From a virus, in IMG/VR virus record IMGVR_UViG_3300025520_000002: a stretch of DNA of 57,319 nt. One strand, written 5' to 3'. Below, one piece after another: positions 1-9,825 of the stretch (positions are counted from its first letter, which is position 1; the number at the start of each line of letters is the position of its first letter). The translations under genes and the position numbers were made by a program. The notes beneath the pieces were generated by a model. The model was not told the origin of the DNA. It saw only the letters and a list, made by a program, of their open reading frames with translations, and did no database searches.

Positions 1-39
1 GACGCCGGGGACCGGGCGTGCAGGATGTTCTGGGTGAAC

Positions 40-58
40 GGTCAACAAATGGTCAACA
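40..58 (+). promoter_or_regulatory. GGTCAACA-aat-GGTCAACA direct repeat inside the 3' end of int; candidate arm-type integrase sites (P arm). Duplicate copy at 57232..57250.
   Basis: The same 8-mer occurs twice here and twice at 201..220, flanking the tRNA-like core. Confidence 0.45.
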
Positions 59-92
59 TCGGAGAAAACGCGGCGTCCTGACGCCGTTTTCC

Positions 93-120
93 GCGGGTTC
101 GATTCCCGCCGCCTCCACCA
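93..120 (+). tRNA. tRNA gene 3' fragment only, the probable attP core; not a complete tRNA. Second copy at 57285..57312.
   Basis: T-arm GCGGG-TTCGATT-CCCGC, acceptor 3' strand CGCCTCC, discriminator A, then CCA. No D-arm or anticodon arm upstream. Lies directly after the int stop codon. Confidence 0.7.
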
Positions 121-191
121 CCATATCCTTATAAATCAGGTACTTACGAAGGCAGGACAGACCAGAAACTGGGGTTAGATGGGGTATATAC

Positions 192-228
192 GGGCCGGAT
201 GGTCAACATTTTGGTCAACATCCGGCCC
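192..228 (-). terminator. 9-bp-stem hairpin downstream of the 2013-aa gene. Its loop holds the second GGTCAACA pair (201..208, 213..220), candidate P' arm sites.
   Basis: GGGCCGGAT ... ATCCGGCCC. No strong U-tract, so terminator function is uncertain. Confidence 0.35.
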
Positions 229-235
229 CCAGTTT

Positions 236-3200
236 TCAGTCCGGCACGGTGCCGGTGAACCCTGCCGTGGCCTTGGTCATGGCAACACCCTCGTCAGCCA
301 GGTCCTCCCGCTCGCGCTGTTGCTGCGGCGCCTTCAACAGGGACGAGAGCGGCTGGGGCTTCATGCCGTTGCGTGCCCGCATCTCCTGCAGCTGCCTCCA
401 CTCACCACGCAGTTCGGCCATCGTCTCGGTGTCACGGCTACGTGCCGCCTCGGTGTATTGGCGCTTGATACGAGTAGCGTCGGCGCGCATCGTCTGCTCC
501 AGCTCGTACAGTACCCCCGCCTTCCACTGCCGATCAGTCAGCACCGTCGTCGGGAGCCCCACTGCCTGGAAGATCTCGCTCACCACGCCGATCTCATCCG
601 GGGACATGAGCAGGTCGCCCTTGCGGTTGCTGTACCCCTCACCGGCATAACGCATGGCGCGCATGGCATTGGTCAGGCCGTTGGGCACCAGCAGTTCGAG
701 GCCCTTCCAGTAGTCGCCCTGGTTGATATAGTCGACACCGGAGGCCGCGCGGGGTAGCAGGCCGCCGAGGAAGGGACCGGTCGCGGCCATCAGGTAGTTG
801 GTGTAGCTGTCCTTCACGGCAGGCTCGGTGTCTGCATATGGGAACAGCGACAGAACGTTGCCCATGCCCAACCGCTGGCTGACGTCCATGCCAAGCAGTG
901 CCGGCACTCCCCGTGTGAGCAGGATGGCTGCGTCACGGTCGCCCAATGCGCGAGTGAGCACAAGGTCGAGGTCCTTCTCGTCGTCATCACCGAAGGCCGA
1001 GAGGATGCCCCACACCACGTTGGCGCCAATCACCCCGGTCAGGCCGGTCATGGTCAGGTAAGTGCCAAGCATCCACGCCAGGCTCCACCGCGCTGCAGTG
1101 CGCTCGTCGGGGCTCATGCCGTCGGCGAACGACTGGCGGATGAGCTTGGCCATCAGTCCGAGCTGCACCAGCTGGAACTTGCGGAATTGCCCCATCAACT
1201 TGATCGGCAACTGGGTGCTGCCCTGCATGAGGACGCGCGGCGCGCCGGCGGCGGAGTAGTCGCCGTGGGTGTCCAGGATGATCTGGTCGGCGTACTCAGT
1301 AGCCAGACCATGGGCTGTCGCAGCGTCGACACCTTGTCCGGTGGCACGTACGTACTCCAGGCGGTAGGCTGCCAGGGCAGTCGCAACCCGGTTAGTCACT
1401 TCCACCCGCTGGGGAATCCAGCGCAGCATGCCCATAATCTTATGGCCGGTGTGCCACGACGTCTCGGAGATCTCCCCCATCTCCCGCTCAAGCGTCAGGT
1501 CGATGTGCCCGCGGTCGAGCAGTTCCTGCACAGCGTCAGCCTCGCGGCCCACGATCGACTTGAGCTTCCTCGGGTCCAGCGCGCGCCCTTCGAGCGCCGG
1601 CATGGTGTCCCGGTAACCCTGCAGTACAGCAGACCAGCTGGCGCCTGCGTTGTGGCGACCGGCCAGCACAGGCAGCGACATCATGAACGGCTGTGTGGCG
1701 TTACCGAACCAGTAGGCCGGGTTGGTCAGCAGCATCCACAGCGACGTGGTCGCCATCGCACCGTCCTGGAACGGCGTGGGGCGCGTCTCCATCAACAGCG
1801 TGTAGCGGTTGAGCACCTCATTGAGCGCATCGGCCTTCTCGGCTGTGCGGCCAGTGCGTGCCTCCGTGCGCATCTTCTGCAGTGACTCCTGCATCGGGCC
1901 GTTCACTTCGAGGGTGGCCAGCATGTGGGCCATGCCGCGCCCCTGGCTCACGAAGGCGCGCATCATGTCTTCGTTGGCGCCGTGGATGTTGCGCCGACGC
2001 TGCTGAGTCTGGCGTGCGCTGAGTGAATCGAGCGACGCGACATAGAGGTCCGAGGCGATGCGGCCGAGGATACGCTTGCTGCGCTCGGACAGCTTCTCTC
2101 CGTTCGGGCCAGTGACGATGGCTTCCTGCAGCCGCTTGATTGCCTGAAGCGGCAGCTCAGTCGCGCGGGTGCTCTCCGGCTCACGCTCAAAGCCCACAAC
2201 GTTGCGGTCGGGGAACTCACGCTGCAGCTCGACCGCCTTCTTTTCACGCTCGAACACGGAGTCCACGAACATCACCTGGTAGTGATCCGGGTCAGACTGC
2301 ATCTCTTCGACACGGGCGCCCTCGCCAGCGGCTTCTGCGTCCATGAACGCCTGCGACCGGACCACCACAGCATGGCGCCCGAACCGCTTGAGCGGGGCGT
2401 ACGGTCCCGCCAGCATCGTCTTCAGCGCACCGTTCTCGCGCGTGAGTTTCTCCTGCTCCTTCTTGAGCGCAGCGATGCGCTTCTCATCCCCTGCAGCTTC
2501 GGCCTCGGCCAGCTGTGTCATGACCTCTGCGCCCTTTGTGCGCAGCAGCACCTGCTCGTACTCCCTCTGTGTCTCATTCCCATAGGCGAACACCTGCTTT
2601 ACAGCAAGCTGCGCGTCCTCGGACAGTGCATTGAACTGAGCGGCCATTCCCGCATCCACCGGCGCGGAGCGGTCCCACTCCGGCGTGTAGCCCCACTTCT
2701 GGTTGAACGTGGACTCGTAGATGAACCGGTTGGCGCGGGCTTGCTCGGCCTGGTCAAGACGGTAGAACCGATCAGCAATTTCCATCACGCGCGCCTCACG
2801 GCGGTCACGGACGGTGATCCGGTCCTGCAGCGTACGGAAGAATGAACGCGCAGAGGGCAGCATGGCGCCGATCCGGTCCACCAGCTGGTGGCCGAACAGC
2901 AGCGCGTAGTTCGCCTTGCGGGCATAGCCCGCGACAGTGCGACGAGCGGCGGGAACCAGCACTTCCTTGAGCGTGGACTCTACCGCTGTGGCCTGCGCCG
3001 GCTTGGAGAACCTCACATACTTGTTGCCGAACGTGCTGATGACACGCTTGAGTCCCGGGGAGATGTCATAGCTGTCCGGGTCTTCGATGAGCGCCTGCAG
3101 TGCTTGGTGCGGGTAGTCGAAGCCAAGCAGGTCGTTGTTCTGCAACTCACGCAGCAGACGCCGTGCCTGCGGAGTCAACTCCTCCATCGCTGTCTCGAAC

Positions 3201-6200
3201 GCTTCGCTCGGACTGTATGCCTCGTCGTACACGTCCTGCAGGCGGAAGTACAGGCTGCGGAGAGTGTCCTCTCGCCCATACTTGCTGTTCGTCTCGCGCT
3301 CGGACCACGGCGTGGCGGCGAACCTTACTCCTTCGGTGCGTCCTTCTCCGCGCGGTCCATCTCCGCCGACGTCGGCAGTCGGTCGGGCCTCACCCTGCTG
3401 TCCACCTGTTCCTTCGGTGCCGGCCCCTTGGACCTGCGTTCCTGCGCCCGCTTCAACGCGGCTTCCAACGCGGGAGTAGTCTGCATACATCGTCTCCACA
3501 TAAGCGTGCGCCTCCGGCAGCTGCTGCTGCACGAACGCACGGAGTCCCGGGTCAAGGTGCGCAGCCCAGAGCTGGGCAAACACCTCGCTGTTTACAGCTT
3601 CAGGGGTGACCGACTCGTCTGCGAGAGGATACCGCAGGAACGAGCGAAGTCGCGTGGTCATGTCCGCCGGGCCGCCGTTGAACCGCTCGCGTACTACATC
3701 CACGATCTCCGCCCAAGCCGTATCTCCGGAGTAGTACGCGGAGCCGGCAGCGTCATCGGCGATGTGTGCCGCTTCGTGGTTGATCGTGCGGTTGAGGTCG
3801 TCGTCCGTCGCACGCGCCAGGAAGTCCTGGGTCAGAACGAGGCGGTACATGCCGTCGCCTTCCGGTACGACGAACGCATCCGCTCCGGTGTTTTCGCTGA
3901 GATACACGCCACTGATCTGGTCGTAGGCATGGCCGGCCGGGCTCACCAGCAGACGCCGCATGGCGTCCAGCACGCGGGGGTAACGCGCGAAGTTCATGTA
4001 CCGATACGACCAGAGGTTGCCGCCCGCGTCACGCGTCGACAGCTCCATGCCGAAGTACGGCTGGCGGGTGTAGAAGTTGCCCTGCTCCGCCTCGTCGAGC
4101 ATCTCGACGCCTGCACGATCAAACGCCGCCTGATTGATATCGAGGTTTTCCGCCGCCTGGTCGAGCTTCATCCATCGCTGCTTCTGCTGCGGCCCCCAGG
4201 CGCTCCACTCCGGATCACCGGCGCCGCGCCATGCGTCGTACGTCGCCTTCGCGGCGAGCAACGCCCCGCTGTTCTCATCTACCTCACGGGCTGTGAGGTC
4301 ACTGTTGTCGGCCCTGAACTCCACGAGGTCGGCCGGGTCTTGCGCGGCGCGTTCAAGCGAGCCGAGGTCAGCACCGGCGTTGATAACCTGGAACCCGGTG
4401 CTGGTGCCGCCTTCGGTGATGTCCTGCGCGATGCCCAGGTTCGCTGCATCCTGTGCCGTCATGCCGGCGCGGTCCTGGGTCAGTTGACGGATCTGGCTCT
4501 CGATCTCGGCGCGCTGTTCATCGGTCAGCCCCTCCTTGGTGTACTGCTCCTGGAGGTCGGCGAGACTTGCAGCGCGGGTAGTATCGGAGGGGACTGCGCT
4601 CGCGGGTCTCGCACTGAGGGCTTCGCGTACGGCAGTGGCGTCGAGTCCAAGACGCTGTGCAGTCTCAGCGAGAGCTGCAGCTGCAGCTGTCCGGCGCTTC
4701 TGCGCCCACTGTTTGTCGTTCTGCTCGAACTGCGCAGCGATGTCGGCGTCGCGGACCCCCATGGCCGAGAGGCGCAGCACGTCCTGCATCTGCGTCGGCA
4801 GCTGCTCGACCATGTACGCGACCTGTTGCTCGGGGTCGAGCCCGGTAACAAAGTTCTGCTCGTCGACGTCGTTCGCTTGGCGGACGGCGTCCATCGCGCC
4901 ACGTTTCACCCAGTCCATGCGTTCAGCGATGGCGTCCGCGGGGACAGCCCCCTGGTTGATCAGGGCGGCAAGGCGTCCGAGTTCAGCCTCTCGCAGTTTG
5001 TTGACCTTCTTGGTCTGCTTGATGCCGTACTGTTCCTTCAGCGTCTCCGCTGGTGGGATCAGGGGGCTTCGCGGGTCGCGCTCGGACGGGGTGCCGTAGA
5101 GCCGCGGGAACCCATCGCGTTGCACGGGCGGCTGCGCCTCCGGCACGCGCTCGTAGAGACTCGGCAGGGTGGGGTCGCCGAGTACAGATGTATCTACCTC
5201 CGGACGCGGAGGTACGTAAGGGTCGAGCCGCTCGTTCAGTGCAGGCAGGTCGCGCGTCGGCTCCTCGGATGGGATCACACCATAGCCGGGCGGCAGTTCG
5301 TTCAGGCGTGGGGCGTCCCCATAGGTATCGCCGAGCAGGTCACGCCGCTGGGTAGTGATAGGCACCGTCTCGCCTGGGATAGCACCGACTGCGCCAACCA
5401 CTCCGCCGCCCAGGGCTCCGAGCGCGCCAGCGTTCAGGTAGCCGCGGACAGCTTCTGCGTCCGTCAGGTCCTTGTAGTTCGCCTGCAGTTCGAGGGCCGT
5501 CTGGCCGATCTCAGTGCCTGCCTCAAGTCCAGCCTGCCGCACAGCTTCACGGCCGACGCGGCGAACGAGCGCTCCCGTAGCGCGGTCCCCGCCGAGGATG
5601 CGGTTCAAGGCCCGCAGCTCCGGCACAGCGTCAAGCAAGCCAGCGGCGGTGCCGTAGCCCAGTGCACGCAGCGAATCATCGTTTCCGGACTCGACCATCT
5701 CCGGGTAGATCGACCCGGCCTCCTGCGCGACGGACTGGGCAGCCGTGCCGAGCATCATGCCCCTGGAGGCACCCCGAGTGATCGCAGCCTTAGCAGCATC
5801 TCCAGCCAGAACAGCCGCACCACGGCGAGCCACAGCACCGCCCACCACACGGCCAGCGAGGCCAGCGCCAAGGCTACCGGCAGCCATTGGGACATGCTGT
5901 CCGAGGCCCGCCTGCGCAAAATCCACAGCGTCGCCGAAAGACGAGATGTTCGTGACGTCATCCGTCTCCCGAGCCAGGAGCGCGTCTTTTTCAAAGCGTT
6001 CACGGGCATAGTTCAGAGCGCCTCTCTTGATAGTTTCGGCGCCAGCGAGGTCAGCGGCGAGCGCGGTGACGCCGCCGATCGCTCCAAGGGTCTGCTGTCC
6101 GCCACGTCGCATGCCGCGGTAGAAGTCCCCGTCGTTCTGGCCGATGTCCACGCCCCAGTCGGTGGCGACACTGCGGATGTCCTTGCCGCTACGGCGGGAA

Positions 6201-6277
6201 AGCTCCTGCAGGATCTCGGCATCGGATGCCTCGGCCGCGTCCGGGTAGGCGCGGCGGATATCGTCGAGCGTGTTCAT
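236..6277 (-). CDS. Giant virion/ejection protein (2013 aa), PLxRFG type, with an internal HExxH zincin motif
   Basis: Uninterrupted ORF with GC-rich third positions. Motifs YAPLKRFGRH (PLxRFG) and TINHEAAHIADD (HExxH). Gly/Ala-rich N-terminus and hydrophobic helices near the C-terminus. Last gene of the structural operon. Confidence 0.7.
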   Translation of the reverse strand: MNTLDDIRRAYPDAAEASDAEILQELSRRSGKDIRSVATDWGVDIGQNDGDFYRGMRRGGQQTLGAIGGVTALAADLAGAETIKRGALNYARERFEKDALLARETDDVTNISSFGDAVDFAQAGLGQHVPMAAGSLGAGLAGRVVGGAVARRGAAVLAGDAAKAAITRGASRGMMLGTAAQSVAQEAGSIYPEMVESGNDDSLRALGYGTAAGLLDAVPELRALNRILGGDRATGALVRRVGREAVRQAGLEAGTEIGQTALELQANYKDLTDAEAVRGYLNAGALGALGGGVVGAVGAIPGETVPITTQRRDLLGDTYGDAPRLNELPPGYGVIPSEEPTRDLPALNERLDPYVPPRPEVDTSVLGDPTLPSLYERVPEAQPPVQRDGFPRLYGTPSERDPRSPLIPPAETLKEQYGIKQTKKVNKLREAELGRLAALINQGAVPADAIAERMDWVKRGAMDAVRQANDVDEQNFVTGLDPEQQVAYMVEQLPTQMQDVLRLSAMGVRDADIAAQFEQNDKQWAQKRRTAAAAALAETAQRLGLDATAVREALSARPASAVPSDTTRAASLADLQEQYTKEGLTDEQRAEIESQIRQLTQDRAGMTAQDAANLGIAQDITEGGTSTGFQVINAGADLGSLERAAQDPADLVEFRADNSDLTAREVDENSGALLAAKATYDAWRGAGDPEWSAWGPQQKQRWMKLDQAAENLDINQAAFDRAGVEMLDEAEQGNFYTRQPYFGMELSTRDAGGNLWSYRYMNFARYPRVLDAMRRLLVSPAGHAYDQISGVYLSENTGADAFVVPEGDGMYRLVLTQDFLARATDDDLNRTINHEAAHIADDAAGSAYYSGDTAWAEIVDVVRERFNGGPADMTTRLRSFLRYPLADESVTPEAVNSEVFAQLWAAHLDPGLRAFVQQQLPEAHAYVETMYADYSRVGSRVEAGAGTQVQGAGTEGTGGQQGEARPTADVGGDGPRGEGRTEGVRFAATPWSERETNSKYGREDTLRSLYFRLQDVYDEAYSPSEAFETAMEELTPQARRLLRELQNNDLLGFDYPHQALQALIEDPDSYDISPGLKRVISTFGNKYVRFSKPAQATAVESTLKEVLVPAARRTVAGYARKANYALLFGHQLVDRIGAMLPSARSFFRTLQDRITVRDRREARVMEIADRFYRLDQAEQARANRFIYESTFNQKWGYTPEWDRSAPVDAGMAAQFNALSEDAQLAVKQVFAYGNETQREYEQVLLRTKGAEVMTQLAEAEAAGDEKRIAALKKEQEKLTRENGALKTMLAGPYAPLKRFGRHAVVVRSQAFMDAEAAGEGARVEEMQSDPDHYQVMFVDSVFEREKKAVELQREFPDRNVVGFEREPESTRATELPLQAIKRLQEAIVTGPNGEKLSERSKRILGRIASDLYVASLDSLSARQTQQRRRNIHGANEDMMRAFVSQGRGMAHMLATLEVNGPMQESLQKMRTEARTGRTAEKADALNEVLNRYTLLMETRPTPFQDGAMATTSLWMLLTNPAYWFGNATQPFMMSLPVLAGRHNAGASWSAVLQGYRDTMPALEGRALDPRKLKSIVGREADAVQELLDRGHIDLTLEREMGEISETSWHTGHKIMGMLRWIPQRVEVTNRVATALAAYRLEYVRATGQGVDAATAHGLATEYADQIILDTHGDYSAAGAPRVLMQGSTQLPIKLMGQFRKFQLVQLGLMAKLIRQSFADGMSPDERTAARWSLAWMLGTYLTMTGLTGVIGANVVWGILSAFGDDDEKDLDLVLTRALGDRDAAILLTRGVPALLGMDVSQRLGMGNVLSLFPYADTEPAVKDSYTNYLMAATGPFLGGLLPRAASGVDYINQGDYWKGLELLVPNGLTNAMRAMRYAGEGYSNRKGDLLMSPDEIGVVSEIFQAVGLPTTVLTDRQWKAGVLYELEQTMRADATRIKRQYTEAARSRDTETMAELRGEWRQLQEMRARNGMKPQPLSSLLKAPQQQREREDLADEGVAMTKATAGFTGTVPD

Positions 6278-6285
6278 CTACCCTC

Positions 6286-7710
6286 TCAGCGGCGAAGTGC
6301 CTGGATGAGTTGGTCAGTCGTCATGTCCTCGGGCCGCATATTGGCTGCAGGTGCAGCACCGCCGGAGGCGTTGAGTCGGGTCCACATATCAATGGCGCGT
6401 CGATTGTTCGTGCTGTCGAGGTACTGAATGGCTGTGGCTTCCGTCGGACTCGGTGGCCGCTGCACTGCAGAAGGGCGCCGTGCTGAGTCCGGCGAGAAGA
6501 ACGCGCCGTTCGAGGTGAGCCCGTATGGGTCGACGCCGGCTACGCCGCCTTCGAGCTTCGCCAGGTAGTCGATGAGCTGCCTCTGCGTAGCGTCCGGGTT
6601 GTTCTCCATGAACTTCTCGGCCGCTTTGGCGCGGTCAATAGCGCGGCCCGGCTGCTCCACGCCACCGCGGAACAGCCCTTTGATGGCAGTCGGGTTGAGC
6701 GGCTTGCCGTCCTTGTCCACGGCGAGCTGGGTGTCGATGACGAGCCGTCCGTCCGGGGTCGTGCCTTGGTAGATCAGCGTGTTGTTCTTGTCGTCATAGC
6801 CGACGAGGTTCCACTTGGCGCCCTTGGCGCCGGCTGCGCCCGTCATCGCACGGTAGTACGCGCCCTTCTGGAGGGCTTCCATCTCGTCGATGCGCAGCTT
6901 GCCCTTACGGTAGTCGGCCTCCGACTGGGCGTTCGTCTCCAACACACTGAGCTTGCGGTCCTCGCGCGTGTCAGTGACTTTGTTCCGCGCATCCTCACGT
7001 TCCTCCTTGCGAGCGTTCTGGTAGCTCGCCATGTCGAGATACTTGCCAGCCGCCGCGAGTAGCTGATTGCGATCCTCCGGAAGCTGCATGCGCGCCTGCT
7101 TGCCGTCCGGCGTGGTCATCCACACCTCAGGCTTGCCGTCCTCGCTCATGCGCACTTCAGCACGGCGTTGATCCTTCCCGCCGGCGGACACCAGCTCAGC
7201 CATGCCGGAGAGGAACGTCGTGTCGTCCAGCGCGTCCTTGTTCTGCGCGAGCCAGAGGAACTTGTTCTGCACCTCCTGCTTACGCATGGTGTCGCGCATT
7301 GCGGCCAGCTGCATATCGGACTGCTCGAACTGCTTGGCCTGTGCGCGCAACTGCATCGCCGCCTGGGGGTCGAGCCCGGCCAGGTTGTCCGACATATTCC
7401 GCAGGTAGTCCTGCTCCGTCTGCACGCGGCGGCGCGAAATGGCGCCCACATCCGAACCGTTCTGGCCCGCCTCCCGGTAGATGGCCGCTTGTTCCGGCGT
7501 CATCTCGTAGTCGGCGCCGTTGACGGTGACCGACATCACTTCCTGGCCAGGCTTCGCCGTCTGCGCATAGGTGTTACGGATAGCGTCCTCACGCTGCCAC
7601 TGGTCCTGCTGGCGGCGGCGCTGCTCAGCGAGCCAGTCCTGCTCACCAAGCTGGCGAGAGGTATCCTGAAACGAGCGCGTAGCCGCGCCGAGTGCAACGC
7701 CGAGTCCCAT
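6286..7710 (-). CDS. Coiled-coil internal virion/ejection-like protein (474 aa)
   Basis: Charged, Gln/Arg/Glu-rich helical sequence. Start overlaps the upstream stop. Position is between ejection-type proteins. Confidence 0.4.
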   Translation of the reverse strand: MGLGVALGAATRSFQDTSRQLGEQDWLAEQRRRQQDQWQREDAIRNTYAQTAKPGQEVMSVTVNGADYEMTPEQAAIYREAGQNGSDVGAISRRRVQTEQDYLRNMSDNLAGLDPQAAMQLRAQAKQFEQSDMQLAAMRDTMRKQEVQNKFLWLAQNKDALDDTTFLSGMAELVSAGGKDQRRAEVRMSEDGKPEVWMTTPDGKQARMQLPEDRNQLLAAAGKYLDMASYQNARKEEREDARNKVTDTREDRKLSVLETNAQSEADYRKGKLRIDEMEALQKGAYYRAMTGAAGAKGAKWNLVGYDDKNNTLIYQGTTPDGRLVIDTQLAVDKDGKPLNPTAIKGLFRGGVEQPGRAIDRAKAAEKFMENNPDATQRQLIDYLAKLEGGVAGVDPYGLTSNGAFFSPDSARRPSAVQRPPSPTEATAIQYLDSTNNRRAIDMWTRLNASGGAAPAANMRPEDMTTDQLIQALRR

Positions 7711-9362
7711 TACACGAGCCCCTTACGTTCCGCGTACTCGCGCCACACCTGGAGTGCGTCGTCGAAGTAGCTGTAGTCAACCATCTTGAATCCGCGCACC
7801 TCAGTGACTGCGTCGGGGTAAACCTTTTCCACCTCGTCCGCCATGACACCGACGTCCCGCTTGCCGTTGCGGATGTACGTGAAGGCGTACACACCGATGT
7901 TGTCCGGCAGCTCACCAAGCTTGACGATGTCGGTCTTGAGGCGGCGGTCGGACCACTGGTTGATTGCGGCCGCGCCGATAGAGCCCATGAACGATCCGAA
8001 CCCAGCAGACTCTGCCGCGGACGCCTGGTTGGCCGCGCTCCACGCACCGAGCTGCGCGTTGTAGTTCTGCACCCCCAGCTGGCCCATCTGGCCGTACATG
8101 CCGGCGACAGCCGAAGCACCTTGGTTCGACAGCTGACTCTGCTGCGCAGCGAGGTTGCTCGGGATGAGTGCAGAGTTCTGCGCTCCGCCGATGCCCTGCA
8201 AGGCGAGGCCGGTGGAGGTGGCTTGGTTGCCTGGAAGCCCGCGGCCCAGGGCAGCGGAGTCCATGCGTTTCGCCCAGCCCAGCTGCTTGGCAGCAGTGCG
8301 TGCTTGGTTCATCGCGGCAGCAGAGGCGGCAGCTTCCATCGCGGCGTTGCTCGACGCCATAGAGGCGTACCGGCCAGAATCAGGGCTCACGCCCATGCGC
8401 GCCAGTTCAAGCCGCTGACCGGCGTTGGCACCTGCGAATCGGGACTGGATGTCTGCAGCGGCGTCACGGGCGGCAGACTCTCGGGTGGCGAGGTCACTGT
8501 CCCGGTAAAGGCGCATGGCCTCCAGCTCACTGTCGATCTGGCCGAGGTAGCTGCCATAGCCGCGCTCGATCGCCGCGCGCTCGCTGGCGAAGTCTCGCTC
8601 CGTCGGCTTGGACAACCCGCTCTGCTGTTTGAGAAGCTCCTCAATACGGTTGTCGACTGCCCGGTTCAGTCCCTCCTGGTCTACGGTGGTCTGCTTCTTC
8701 GCCGTCGTAGAACCGCGCGGCCCTGCCAGCAGAGGGTGAACCTGGACGTACGCGCTGCCGCCGTCGGTTGTGCCGACCCACTGACCACCGGGGTCCTGCT
8801 GCTCTGTGCGTTCGTAGGTGAACTTTCCACGCAGCTCGTCCTCGACCGCCTTTCGGTCGATAGCCGCCGACGCGGCCTTGGTATTGTATTCGGCGAGCTG
8901 TCGCTGGTACGCCTGCTCATCGGCGCTGAGCTGGGCGAGACGGGAGTCATACCCATAGGACGACAGTGCTGAGTTCCGCATCTGCCGCTCAATGGCGGCC
9001 GACATCTCCGGCGAAGCGTCGTAGTAGCCGAGTGAGTCGGCCATCAGCGTGCGTTCGATCGGCCAGATGGACGAAGTCAACCGGTTCTGGTTGGCGTCTG
9101 CGATGGCGGTCTGCGTATTCGACAAACCAACCTGGCTGCGGAACAGGCTGTCAATGACCGGTTCGAGGCGGGAGTTACGCGCCATGTTGGCCGCGCTCTC
9201 ACGGGCCAGGCGGTCTTCCGTCTGCTGTGCCACCTCGGCCAGCTTCTTCTGCGCCTCCCCGATGTTCGGGTCCGGGTCCGGCATGTCAGGGGAGTCCCCG
9301 CCCATGTCGAATGCCAGCGTCAGGAATTGAACGAGCCGCAGGGGGCTCCACCACTTACTCAT
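7710..9362 (-). CDS. Virion protein with a C-terminal peptidase-S74-type intramolecular chaperone domain (550 aa)
   Basis: C-terminus WSDRRLKTDIVKLGELPDNIGVYAFTY...GVMADEVEKVYPDAVT...MVDYS matches the autocleaving chaperone signature of phage fibres and spikes. Confidence 0.6.
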   Translation of the reverse strand: MSKWWSPLRLVQFLTLAFDMGGDSPDMPDPDPNIGEAQKKLAEVAQQTEDRLARESAANMARNSRLEPVIDSLFRSQVGLSNTQTAIADANQNRLTSSIWPIERTLMADSLGYYDASPEMSAAIERQMRNSALSSYGYDSRLAQLSADEQAYQRQLAEYNTKAASAAIDRKAVEDELRGKFTYERTEQQDPGGQWVGTTDGGSAYVQVHPLLAGPRGSTTAKKQTTVDQEGLNRAVDNRIEELLKQQSGLSKPTERDFASERAAIERGYGSYLGQIDSELEAMRLYRDSDLATRESAARDAAADIQSRFAGANAGQRLELARMGVSPDSGRYASMASSNAAMEAAASAAAMNQARTAAKQLGWAKRMDSAALGRGLPGNQATSTGLALQGIGGAQNSALIPSNLAAQQSQLSNQGASAVAGMYGQMGQLGVQNYNAQLGAWSAANQASAAESAGFGSFMGSIGAAAINQWSDRRLKTDIVKLGELPDNIGVYAFTYIRNGKRDVGVMADEVEKVYPDAVTEVRGFKMVDYSYFDDALQVWREYAERKGLV

Positions 9363-9817
9363 CGTGCTGCCCTCTCTGCAAGCTCAGCGCGAAATTCTTC
9401 GAGCGAGTCCTGGTGGGTCATGCGGCGGATGCGCGCCGCGTTCTCAAGTGCGTATTGCCGGCCACAAGCCAGCTCTGTGACAGTCGCCACGAAGTCGGCG
9501 AAGTTGAAACGCGTGACGTGGGCCGTCACCTGGTCCTCGGGGTCTGCGCTGTTCTCCAGCTGGCGGGAGGCGAACCACGAATGGACTGCACACTCGAAGG
9601 CTGGAAGAAGCCGCCCGACGTGCTGCTGGTAGAACGGGTTGCGTGGCAGGTCTAGCATCAAGGAGAGGAACACTTTGTCCGCCCACTCCACGCGTATGGG
9701 GTCCCCGTCAACGACGTCGTCCCACAGGTGGGATGCGTCAGCGAAAATCCATACAACCTCAGCGGCTGCGAGGTTTCCGCGGAGTAGCTCCAGCAGGTTC
9801 TGGAATCGACCGTCCAT
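9359..9817 (-). CDS. Hypothetical protein (152 aa)
   Basis: Coding-like codon bias. Preceded by a motif copy at 9826..9841. ATGA-type overlap with the downstream gene. Confidence 0.55.
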   Translation of the reverse strand: MDGRFQNLLELLRGNLAAAEVVWIFADASHLWDDVVDGDPIRVEWADKVFLSLMLDLPRNPFYQQHVGRLLPAFECAVHSWFASRQLENSADPEDQVTAHVTRFNFADFVATVTELACGRQYALENAARIRRMTHQDSLEEFRAELAERAAR

Positions 9818-9825
9818 CGCTACAT

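Larger units (their letters stand above)
1..127. repeat. Left copy of an exact 127-bp terminal direct repeat. It carries the last 81 nt of the integrase gene plus the tRNA-like attP core.
   Basis: Read base by base: 1..127 equals 57193..57319. This implies a circular 57,192-bp unit. Confidence 0.95.

Noticed and set aside
1-127. The terminal repeat as a biological direct terminal repeat (T7-style DTR)
   Set aside because: The repeat boundary falls inside the integrase coding sequence. The repeat contains attP. The fixed 127-nt length fits an assembler overlap on a circular molecule.
2888-6427. 1179-aa plus-strand ORF. Similar long antisense ORFs include 17927..20113 (+), 31273..33198 (-), 45989..47005 (-), 49000..50205 (-), 50228..51751 (-), 22125..23213 (+) and 7692..8972 (+).
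   Set aside because: These are shadow ORFs on the strand opposite clear genes in GC-rich DNA. Their translations are Arg/Ala/Gly/Pro/His-rich low-complexity sequences with no motifs. The opposite-strand genes have recognisable domains.
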